64,000 bases of DNA, from IMG/VR virus record IMGVR_UViG_3300028610_002615, one strand, 5' to 3'. Below, piece after piece: positions 57,601-64,000 of the stretch. Made by a program: the position numbers and the translations under genes. Under the pieces are notes generated by a model that was not told the origin of the DNA, did no database searches, and saw only the letters and a list, made by a program, of their open reading frames with translations. This DNA is from an uncultured virus (IMG/VR IMGVR_UViG_3300028610_002615) (Duplodnaviria; Heunggongvirae; Uroviricota; Caudoviricetes). Position 1 is the first letter of the stretch; each line of letters starts with the position of its first letter.

Positions 57601-57912
57601 ATGCTCCCAATATATACCATAACAACAATACCACGTGAGTTTCCTCATAAGGATTCACGTTGTATAGGATGGCTTGAAAGTTGTCATGCAGCATTTCAAG
57701 AAGTTAGAAACAACTCCGGAGATATGTATGAAGAAGGTTATTATCACTATGCAGTCATTGAAGAAGTTACACCAGGAATATACACATTTCCAAGGAAAGA
57801 ATTTTGGTTTGAGTGGAGCAGGGGAAAGGACGGGATTATATCTCCTGGCTATGTCATACTAGAGAAAAAACCAAACAGATTCAACAATGTTGTCTGCTTT
57901 AGCATGGGGTGA
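57601..57912 (+). CDS. Hypothetical protein
   Basis: RCIGW...N..DM.E..Y.YAVIEEV..GIY. Confidence 0.65.
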   Translation: MLPIYTITTIPREFPHKDSRCIGWLESCHAAFQEVRNNSGDMYEEGYYHYAVIEEVTPGIYTFPRKEFWFEWSRGKDGIISPGYVILEKKPNRFNNVVCFSMG

Positions 57913-57915
57913 AGA

Positions 57916-58224
57916 ATGTATAAAATTGAAATTAAGTGGGACTTTAGAAGTCCAACTATGGCAGTATTGACTGGAGAAGCCAGGATAGGTCACATAGATA
58001 TGGGAATGTTGACTGACATAGATTCTACTCCATTCTCAATCAAAAAAGAGAGACATAGTCTTGGTTACGAGGGATGTCCAGCAATATTCCAAAGAGCTAA
58101 ACCATTACTGGATATAATGGTTCATTCATATTATGATGGAATGCTTATGAGAAATGAATCTATAATATGGTTCAAAGAATGCTATAGAAAGAATAACGAA
58201 GTGTTCTTAACTATACCAGATTAA
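57916..58224 (+). CDS. Hypothetical protein
   Basis: Operon-packed 102 aa. Confidence 0.55.
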   Translation: MYKIEIKWDFRSPTMAVLTGEARIGHIDMGMLTDIDSTPFSIKKERHSLGYEGCPAIFQRAKPLLDIMVHSYYDGMLMRNESIIWFKECYRKNNEVFLTIPD

Positions 58225-58225
58225 G

Positions 58226-58441
58226 GTGAATAAAATGGCTGACAAGATAATATTTAATTGGTCACTATTTTCCGATGTAGAGCTCCAATTATCAAAAACT
58301 GAGGAAATAGTCATAAAAGAACATTTTAATATTTGGGTCGAAGGTAACTCAGGCATTGAAGATTGCTCAGCTCCAGAGATGAAAGAGAAGTTTAATACAT
58401 TTAAATCTGCCTGGATTATGTCTCAAATGTTTACAAATTAA
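58226..58441 (+). CDS. Hypothetical protein
   Basis: Operon-packed; start uncertain. Confidence 0.5.
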   Translation: MNKMADKIIFNWSLFSDVELQLSKTEEIVIKEHFNIWVEGNSGIEDCSAPEMKEKFNTFKSAWIMSQMFTN

Positions 58442-58451
58442 GGAGGGTAAT

Positions 58452-58757
58452 TTGAACTATAGAATAGAGAAAGTTGGTGAGGTTGAGTCGGGTATACAAT
58501 GGGAAAACCTCCCACCTGAAACAAAAACAAAACATGTTGCATTAAAAGTTATTTCTAATAGTGGACTTTTCAAAAAAGATCTTGGAACAGCTCTCATTTC
58601 ACATAAATTCTATAATGCAATAAATGAAGATTTAGATTTAAGAAATGATATCCTAATTACAATTTCTTTTGCATTCCAAGATCCAGAAAAGACTTTTAAT
58701 CAATTAATGACAGAGATGGAAAAACAATGGAAGAGAGAAGACGAAAAGGAAGTTTGA
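58452..58757 (+). CDS. Hypothetical protein
   Basis: TTG start after AGGAGG. Confidence 0.55.
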   Translation: MNYRIEKVGEVESGIQWENLPPETKTKHVALKVISNSGLFKKDLGTALISHKFYNAINEDLDLRNDILITISFAFQDPEKTFNQLMTEMEKQWKREDEKEV

Positions 58758-59074
58758 CTGAATTAGCAGTTGCTAAAGCGCTATTAGCAAAAGGCTATTC
58801 TGTATCATTTCCATATGGAGAAAATCAACGATATGATCTAGTTGTTGAGATGAATAATGGATTGAAAAAAGTTCAATGTAAACATGCTAGATATTCAGAA
58901 GGAAAAATAGTATTTCAATGTTCAGGAACAATAGGTCCGTATACCAATGATGCCGATTTCTTTGGAGTCTATTCATCTGAAATTGATAAAGCTTATTTAA
59001 TTCCAGTATCAAATGTTGGGATTAATCAATGTACTTTATTAGTTGAGAGCACTGCTAAACAATACGAAATTTAA
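58727..59074 (+). CDS. PD-(D/E)XK endonuclease (group I intron-associated type)
   Basis: KG...E..V...L...GY.VS.P.GE..RYDLVVE......VQCK; ends 2 nt before tRNA-Ser. Confidence 0.8.
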   Translation: MEERRRKGSLTELAVAKALLAKGYSVSFPYGENQRYDLVVEMNNGLKKVQCKHARYSEGKIVFQCSGTIGPYTNDADFFGVYSSEIDKAYLIPVSNVGINQCTLLVESTAKQYEI

Positions 59075-59076
59075 AC

Positions 59077-59165
59077 GGAGGGGTGGTCAAGTATGGTGTG
59101 ACAACGCTCTTGAAAAGCGTCGGGTGTCAAAAGCCTTGTAGGTTCGAATCCTATCCCCTCCGCCA
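59077..59165 (+). tRNA. tRNA-Ser(TGA)
   Basis: GGAGGGG/CCCCTCC, ACGCT-CTTGAAA-AGCGT, long V arm, G73 CCA. Confidence 0.9.
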
Positions 59166-59181
59166 CTTTGAAAGGAACAAA

Positions 59182-59355
59182 ATGGTTAAAATAACAGAGC
59201 CATGTGTTGATTGCATATGTTTTCCAATGTGTGTAAATCAATCTATAATCAGATGCAGCATATTATATAAATATGTATCAACCAAAATAAATATGCGTGG
59301 TGAATTTCTTAAACCGGAACATTTTCCCAATGTTGTGTCAGTATGGGAAGGTTAA
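59182..59355 (+). CDS. PCxxC-family small protein
   Basis: ATG 59182 after GAAAGGA; EPCVDCICFPMC. Confidence 0.55.
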   Translation: MVKITEPCVDCICFPMCVNQSIIRCSILYKYVSTKINMRGEFLKPEHFPNVVSVWEG

Positions 59356-59376
59356 CCAAAAAAGGATAATGTTACT

Positions 59377-59817
59377 ATGAAGACCAAAATACATACGGAT
59401 TTTGATCAATGGTACGCTGAACAGGCAGCTCAGATCAATCAGCTGCCGATTAGCTCTGTACATACGAGGCGCGACGAGCTCAAGGTCCAGCTAGAAAACT
59501 TACACAATTTAATGCGTGAAGGAAATCTCACCGACGAGAGACGAAAATATTACAAAGGACGTCGCAAATTCATTACCCGGTTAATCTCACACACCAACGA
59601 GCGCATCAAGCTGTTTAACATCGTCGCTCACAATGGAGTGGCCAAAAATCTGGCTCTTAGATTCGTCCAGATAGCCGCTGAGGAACTGCCACAAGGACTT
59701 TTTCAACGGATTTATGCTATAAGTGCCATGGAAGAAGAACAGGAAGAAAGTAGCATTGAAGACATCCGACGATTTATTGCTGAATTTAAAGATCGCTTTG
59801 AACTGGAGGGCATATGA
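59377..59817 (+). CDS. Hypothetical protein
   Basis: 146 aa, visibly more GC-rich than neighbours. Confidence 0.65.
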   Translation: MKTKIHTDFDQWYAEQAAQINQLPISSVHTRRDELKVQLENLHNLMREGNLTDERRKYYKGRRKFITRLISHTNERIKLFNIVAHNGVAKNLALRFVQIAAEELPQGLFQRIYAISAMEEEQEESSIEDIRRFIAEFKDRFELEGI

Positions 59818-59842
59818 CATTCGAATCCTGTCCCTTCCGCCA
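59805..59842 (+). pseudogene. tRNA-Ser-like remnant (T-loop, acceptor 3' strand, CCA)
   Basis: GGAGGG...TTCGAATCCTGTCCCTTCCGCCA; no D or anticodon arm. Confidence 0.6.
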
Positions 59843-59862
59843 ACTTTTGAAAGGCAATCATA

Positions 59863-60165
59863 ATGTCAGAAGGATATGAAAAATTTAAAGATTTTATTTC
59901 CAGTATAAATCTAAAGGCAATCGGTGGAGGTAATTTTAAGATTGGAAAAAAGTATGATGTATACTTTGAAGAATTATTTCTGGGTTTAACTTTAGATGAT
60001 AATCTTCTTTATGTTTATTATGAAAATTGTCCAGGTAGAGACTACTCTATTTTTAAATGGAATAAATCAAAAGAAGACTTTGACGATTTTGTTACAATCA
60101 TTGAAGAGTTGATGGATCGAACTACTATGGTCGGTTTAGCTTTTCATTTTATCAACAATAAATAA
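59863..60165 (+). CDS. Hypothetical protein
   Basis: 100 aa, GAAAGG SD. Confidence 0.6.
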   Translation: MSEGYEKFKDFISSINLKAIGGGNFKIGKKYDVYFEELFLGLTLDDNLLYVYYENCPGRDYSIFKWNKSKEDFDDFVTIIEELMDRTTMVGLAFHFINNK

Positions 60166-60182
60166 TCAAAGGATATGTTGCT

Positions 60183-60542
60183 ATGGGAATCGAAGTCTAT
60201 ACCGAAATACCAACTCCATTCAGAATAGCTGGACCATCTTATTCTCCACTCAAAACTGAAATTGAAGAATATGAAAGAGTTCATATAGGTGAAGGATACT
60301 ATGGCATTTTATTCCACAATGATCATGTAAACCTATGGCATATGGCTCTGGAAGATTGCGGTGCTTTGATAGGAACTGATCACTCGAAGATGAAATTAGT
60401 TAGAAAAGTCAAAGCTGATGTTTCAGGCGGTAACACAGAACTTATGAAAAAGCAGATTGAAATGGGAAAGAAACAACTGGCTATAGCAGATTATATTAGC
60501 CCAGAAGGATGGTTCAACCGCTTTCGGAAGGAGAAGAAATGA
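60183..60542 (+). CDS. Hypothetical protein
   Basis: 119 aa. Confidence 0.6.
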   Translation: MGIEVYTEIPTPFRIAGPSYSPLKTEIEEYERVHIGEGYYGILFHNDHVNLWHMALEDCGALIGTDHSKMKLVRKVKADVSGGNTELMKKQIEMGKKQLAIADYISPEGWFNRFRKEKK

Positions 60543-60946
60543 GAAAAGCAAGACTCATAAAAGAGTTTATTGAACGAGATAACCAAGGAGACAGAACTCT
60601 CTGTGGGTTTCACAAAACAATTCAAGTTGATGATGTTCCTCCTATTGGTTATACAGTTACATTTCCAGAAGATGGCAGACTTGGCAGATTTTATATAGAA
60701 CGTGCTGATATTCAGAGTGAGAGTGGGAACGTTACTCTATACAGTACCAAGGAAATACAACGATATGAAAATTGGAACTATGAGCAATCTATATACATTA
60801 TGTTAAGCATGAGAACACAAGGATGGACAATCAAAAAACCTCATAAGAGAATTAAAGAAAAATGGAAAGAAGCCCAAGAAAAATTCAAAGTAAAAACATC
60901 ATCACGAAGCATCTTCACAGATACGAAGTTAAACATGGTCCTATAA
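60539..60946 (+). CDS. Hypothetical protein
   Basis: Probable ATG 60539 after AAGGAG (ATGA overlap). Confidence 0.55.
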   Translation: MRKARLIKEFIERDNQGDRTLCGFHKTIQVDDVPPIGYTVTFPEDGRLGRFYIERADIQSESGNVTLYSTKEIQRYENWNYEQSIYIMLSMRTQGWTIKKPHKRIKEKWKEAQEKFKVKTSSRSIFTDTKLNMVL

Positions 60947-61314
60947 CAGTTTTTGTTCATGACAATACAAACAGTAAAGATTGGAGAACAATAACTGCGT
61001 TTACAAAAAATGCTTCGGTTGCAGAATTATCTGACTTTGGTTCAATAATTCATATTGAAGGGTTAGATAACCCAGTTTATTACTTTAATCGAATCAAAGC
61101 TAAACTAAAGTTTGAAGGGACTGGAGAAGGAAAAGCTCTGATGATTGAAGTCTGTAAATTAGCTGATAAGCGTGGAATTACAATTCTTAATGAACTCAAT
61201 CCCTATGGTAAACGAGATATGGAAAGTCTCAAGGAATTCTTCGAAGCCTCTGGATTTAAAGAATTCAATGACAATAACACGATGGTAAGAAAACCAAAGG
61301 TGAAGAATGAATAA
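60862..61314 (+). CDS. GNAT-like acetyltransferase
   Basis: EGTGEGKALM acetyl-CoA motif, L..FF...GF; start uncertain. Confidence 0.6.
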   Translation: MERSPRKIQSKNIITKHLHRYEVKHGPITVFVHDNTNSKDWRTITAFTKNASVAELSDFGSIIHIEGLDNPVYYFNRIKAKLKFEGTGEGKALMIEVCKLADKRGITILNELNPYGKRDMESLKEFFEASGFKEFNDNNTMVRKPKVKNE

Positions 61315-61696
61315 ACTAATTCTAACAGTCGGATTGCCAAAAAGTGGAAAGACAACATGGGCATTAAAACAAGGGCATCCAGTTGTAAGTAGGGATGCAA
61401 TTCGATTAGCCCTACATGGTGAAGCATATTTACAATCGGCAGAGAATATGGTCAGCACAATTGAAGCATATATGGTTGCATCTCTATTCTATGCTGGTCA
61501 TGAAACTGTTATTATTGACGCCGCTCATTTAAGAAAAAGATATGTAGACAGATGGGAAAGCTCACTATGGGAACTTGAATTAAAGTTCTTTTCAACTCCA
61601 GCAGATATTTGCATCGAGAGAGCAGTGGCTGACGAAAAACCTGAATTAATTCCCATTATTAAAGCAATGGACAAACCTGAATACTATAACGGGTAA
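61307..61696 (+). CDS. P-loop kinase (AAA_33/polynucleotide-kinase-like)
   Basis: VGLPKSGKTTWA, SRDAIR, VIIDA, C.ER. Confidence 0.8.
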   Translation: MNKLILTVGLPKSGKTTWALKQGHPVVSRDAIRLALHGEAYLQSAENMVSTIEAYMVASLFYAGHETVIIDAAHLRKRYVDRWESSLWELELKFFSTPADICIERAVADEKPELIPIIKAMDKPEYYNG

Positions 61697-61714
61697 AGTG
61701 AAAGGATAATAAAC

Positions 61715-61876
61715 ATGCCACCAATGGATGTAATCATAGGAAAAAGTGTTGCTATAATCTTAGTTGTGCTATTTATAGGAATCATATTTGCTGATTTATT
61801 TGCAAGTAAGAAATCTATCATCATAACTATGTGGAAGCAAATAGCGGCTCGCATATCTAAAAATCGGAAGAAATAG
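61715..61876 (+). CDS. Small membrane protein (53 aa)
   Basis: Read by hand: MPPMDVIIGKSVAIILVVLFIG...MWKQIAARISKNRKK*; GAAAGGA SD. Confidence 0.5.
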   Translation: MPPMDVIIGKSVAIILVVLFIGIIFADLFASKKSIIITMWKQIAARISKNRKK

Positions 61877-61878
61877 AT

Positions 61879-61949
61879 ACCACGTGTAGCTCACCGGTAG
61901 AGCCTGAAAAGTTCGGTAGAAAGCAGTTCAATTTTGCTCCGTGGCACCA
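61879..61949 (+). pseudogene. Degenerate tRNA (Phe-like)
   Basis: TAGCTCACCGGTAGAGC D arm, CTGAAAA loop lacking stem, GTTCAATT, GTGGCACCA end. Confidence 0.55.
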
Positions 61950-61967
61950 AATTTGAAAGGAATTGTT

Positions 61968-62348
61968 ATGTCTAGAGAAGCTGCTATATTTGTACTCGTC
62001 AGTGATGAAGATCAAACCATAAAACAATTGATATTGAAACACAAAGAACAGATCATGTCACTCATTAGATTTCATCAGCATGTAAATGAACTCAAAGAGA
62101 TGTCTGATTTTGAAGACACTCCTAATGAATATTTTGATAAAGTATTTCTCGATTATGATACATGCTACACCGAGTATGATCCTGACTATAAGAAAATATT
62201 CGACGTAAAAAAGGCAGAGTCTCTAATCGTTATTCTTACAGTCAACAGTGCTGGTTGTTGGGAAGGTCTTCAACCAATTCCATTAATCTATGGAAGAGGA
62301 ACTATGAGATACTATACAAAACTAAGAACTATTCATATGCCCAGTTAA
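61968..62348 (+). CDS. Hypothetical protein
   Basis: ATG 61968 after GAAAGGA. Confidence 0.6.
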   Translation: MSREAAIFVLVSDEDQTIKQLILKHKEQIMSLIRFHQHVNELKEMSDFEDTPNEYFDKVFLDYDTCYTEYDPDYKKIFDVKKAESLIVILTVNSAGCWEGLQPIPLIYGRGTMRYYTKLRTIHMPS

Positions 62349-62441
62349 AATGAATCTCCATAATCCCATAATTTTAAGGGCGTGTGGAAGCAAATAACGG
62401 CTCGCATATCTGAAAATCGACAGAAGTAAAATGCCACACGT

Positions 62442-62520
62442 GGAGAGATAGCTCAGTCCGGTAGTAGCGCGAGGGTGAAGACCTCGGTCGTCACAGGTTC
62501 AATTCCTGTTCTCTCCACCA
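62442..62520 (+). tRNA. tRNA-Phe(GAA)
   Basis: GGAGAGA/TCTCTCC, CGAGG-GTGAAGA-CCTCG, CCA. Confidence 0.85.
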
Positions 62521-62540
62521 TAAATTAGAAAGGATTCTAA

Positions 62541-62774
62541 ATGAATGATAAACTATACAAAATTCTAACAAAGCTTCCAAGAAAAAATCTGATTCATTTA
62601 ATGTGGGAAGCTTTAGATGAAATGCAAGCACATAATGCACGCTCAAGAATGGAATGTATAATGTTAGCCCTTGAAGGTGCCACAGAAAGTAAAGAAAAGA
62701 AAGATGGTAGTATGTCATACAAAATTAAATCTTTAGCAGAAGTCAAACGGATAACCGAAAACATGGGACTTTGA
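62541..62774 (+). CDS. Hypothetical protein
   Basis: 77 aa, GAAAGGA SD. Confidence 0.6.
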   Translation: MNDKLYKILTKLPRKNLIHLMWEALDEMQAHNARSRMECIMLALEGATESKEKKDGSMSYKIKSLAEVKRITENMGL

Positions 62775-62778
62775 AATA

Positions 62779-62961
62779 ATGACAATAATTGAATTTTTAG
62801 AAGAAGATAGACATAAGAAACTATCATATGCATTAACCGATGGTTATGAGGTTATTATATGTGAACCTGGTATTGATGGAGAAACACTACTTACTACAGA
62901 TATTCACTCAATTCTAGAGGAGTTAATGGAGCACTATGGGCTGGAAAATGAATCTCCATAA
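62779..62961 (+). CDS. Hypothetical protein
   Basis: 60 aa acidic. Confidence 0.5.
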   Translation: MTIIEFLEEDRHKKLSYALTDGYEVIICEPGIDGETLLTTDIHSILEELMEHYGLENESP

Positions 62962-62967
62962 TTTTAA

Positions 62968-63044
62968 GGGCGTGTGAAGGCGAGAGGCTAGCCGTCATCC
63001 TTACAAGGTGAAATACGTAGGTTCGACTCCTACCGCGCCTACCA
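62968..63044 (+). tRNA. tRNA-Val(TAC)
   Basis: GGGCGTG/CGCGCCT, TCATC-CTTACAA-GGTGA, TTCGACT, CCA. Confidence 0.85.
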
Positions 63045-63116
63045 TTACATTTCATTTGCAAAACATTACATAAAACGTAACATTTTGCAATTACTGCATC
63101 ATTGAAAGGATCATCC

Positions 63117-63359
63117 ATGGCACAAAAAGGTGGTTACTGGGTCCAAGCTGATATAGAAGATGAAGAAATTACATACTCATTTGAAGCTCACAAACCAAGA
63201 AAGTTAAGCAAACGTCTTCCTTGGTTGTATTGTGCTTATTGTGGATTGTTATTCTTAAGGAATCCGATAACTAAATGGTGTATAAAGATGGGATGTAATC
63301 ATTCTTATCATAATCAATATCAATACATGCTCAATAAAATGACAAAAAGGAGGGCTTGA
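63117..63359 (+). CDS. Small Cys/His protein
   Basis: ATG after GAAAGGA; H...W.YC..CGL..L.N..T...I..GC. Confidence 0.55.
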   Translation: MAQKGGYWVQADIEDEEITYSFEAHKPRKLSKRLPWLYCAYCGLLFLRNPITKWCIKMGCNHSYHNQYQYMLNKMTKRRA

Positions 63360-63547
63360 ATCATGGGGCGGTGTCACATAAAAATTCCAAACGAAACTTC
63401 CATATAGTTGAACTTGGCGGTAATAAGTATAAACTTCAAATTAAAAAATTCGGAATATGGTTCTATGTTAGAAAGAATTTCAAACCAGTAGTGTTTGAAA
63501 GTTTTTCTAGTGTGGTTCATGAAGTCCAAAGAAGAACAAAAAAATGA
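63356..63547 (+). CDS. Hypothetical protein
   Basis: 63 aa; TTGA overlap. Confidence 0.45.
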   Translation: MNHGAVSHKNSKRNFHIVELGGNKYKLQIKKFGIWFYVRKNFKPVVFESFSSVVHEVQRRTKK

Positions 63548-63551
63548 ATAA

Positions 63552-63639
63552 GCGTGGGCTGGGCATGGTTGGCGAGCCCAAGAGATTGTAAATCTCCCGT
63601 CCTCGGACTGTGGCGGTTCGATCCCGTCCCTGCGCACCA
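63552..63639 (+). tRNA. tRNA-Tyr(GTA)
   Basis: GCGTGGG/CCTGCGC, GAGA-TTGTAAA-TCTC, long V arm, CCA. Confidence 0.85.
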
Positions 63640-63649
63640 AAGGCGAATA

Positions 63650-63943
63650 ATGAAAAAGATACGAAACATAATAAATTATTTCAAAAACGTTGATCCATGT
63701 GGACCAGAGTCAAATTGTTTAGTTAAAGCAGCGTGTCATATTCGTCAACTGACACCTTGGATGAGAACTACACATTGTCCTGACTATACAAAATACAGTA
63801 AACGAAAAGCAAAATTCTCTGAAATAAAAGTTGAAACAATAGATTGGTTTTGGATTATTGTCATGTTAAGTAGTTTCTTGTTCATAGCCTTTATCTTTGG
63901 TTTGGGAATAATGAAATTTATCGAAATAATCAAGTGGTGGTAA
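63650..63943 (+). CDS. PCxxC-family membrane protein
   Basis: DPCGPESNCLVKAAC; C-terminal TM. Confidence 0.55.
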   Translation: MKKIRNIINYFKNVDPCGPESNCLVKAACHIRQLTPWMRTTHCPDYTKYSKRKAKFSEIKVETIDWFWIIVMLSSFLFIAFIFGLGIMKFIEIIKWW

Positions 63944-63945
63944 AA

Positions 63946-64000
63946 ATGCAAAATCCATGTGATCTATGTATTATCAAAGTTAATTGTACTCAAGTGTGTT
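63946..64000 (+). CDS. PCxxC-family protein (partial)
   Basis: MQNPCDLCIIKVNCTQVC... runs off window end. Confidence 0.5.
   Translation, partial: MQNPCDLCIIKVNCTQVC

Noticed and set aside
61829..62441. Repeated GTGGAAGCAAATA... element as a riboswitch/ncRNA (closing stem TGTGG/CCAC present)
   Set aside because: Both copies keep the same reading frame and stop position (TAG vs TAA), better explained as a duplicated gene end; ncRNA role not fully excluded
52717..63640. Short ORFs overlapping tRNAs (e.g. 52717-52899, 53312-53515, 53635-53817, 63374-63640) and 5' extensions of 56489, 57280, 59083, 61941, 63554
   Set aside because: Translations of tRNA sequence; real starts lie downstream of the CCA ends
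1..64000. Alternative genetic code / stop-codon reassignment
   Set aside because: Long core genes are intact in code 11; TAA, TAG and TGA all end genes; no suppressor tRNA seen
1..64000. Archaeal virus (TATA-like motif, PolB, archaeal-looking ThyA)
   Set aside because: bS21, GroES, OmpA lipoprotein and a bacterial-type initiator tRNA point to a bacterial host

Overview
A 64-kb segment of a large T4-superfamily-like (probably jumbo, contractile-tailed) bacteriophage using the standard genetic code, most likely infecting a Gram-negative bacterium (it carries bS21, GroES, an OmpA lipoprotein and SD sites). Layout: (1-6 kb, minus) virion/tail-fibre-like genes with poly-Ser tracts. (7-24 kb, plus) accessory genes: NADAR, metallophosphoesterase, SPFH, RNase H, a nicotinamidase-vWA-PP2C-kinase (TerY-P-like) module, RtcB and a transglutaminase-like protease. 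(24-33 kb, minus) head module: gp23-like major capsid, gp21-like protease, gp20-like portal, acidic scaffold-like protein. (33-50 kb, mostly minus) DnaB-like helicase, DpdA/TGT-like and QueE (7-deazaguanine DNA modification), ThyA, HslV-like peptidase, GroES, bS21, UDG-fused family B DNA polymerase, glycosyltransferase and PIG-L deacetylase. (50-64 kb, plus) a DIP1984-like gene with a ~300-nt structured RNA, then 13 intact tRNAs plus remnants, interspersed with small ORFs and homing endonucleases. The most striking observation is an array of six paralogous DnaJ-type zinc-finger mini-proteins (34.7-37.7 kb). Four have variable C-terminal tails that are copies of virion-protein segments: two major-capsid segments (one equivalent to the T4 Gol peptide), a tail-fibre motif and a tail-sheath N-terminal motif. 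Other highlights are a WNK-like lysine swap in the phage kinase, the heptamer-repeat ncRNA, and two phage-specific promoter-like motifs. All family assignments are by visual motif recognition; no database searches were run.
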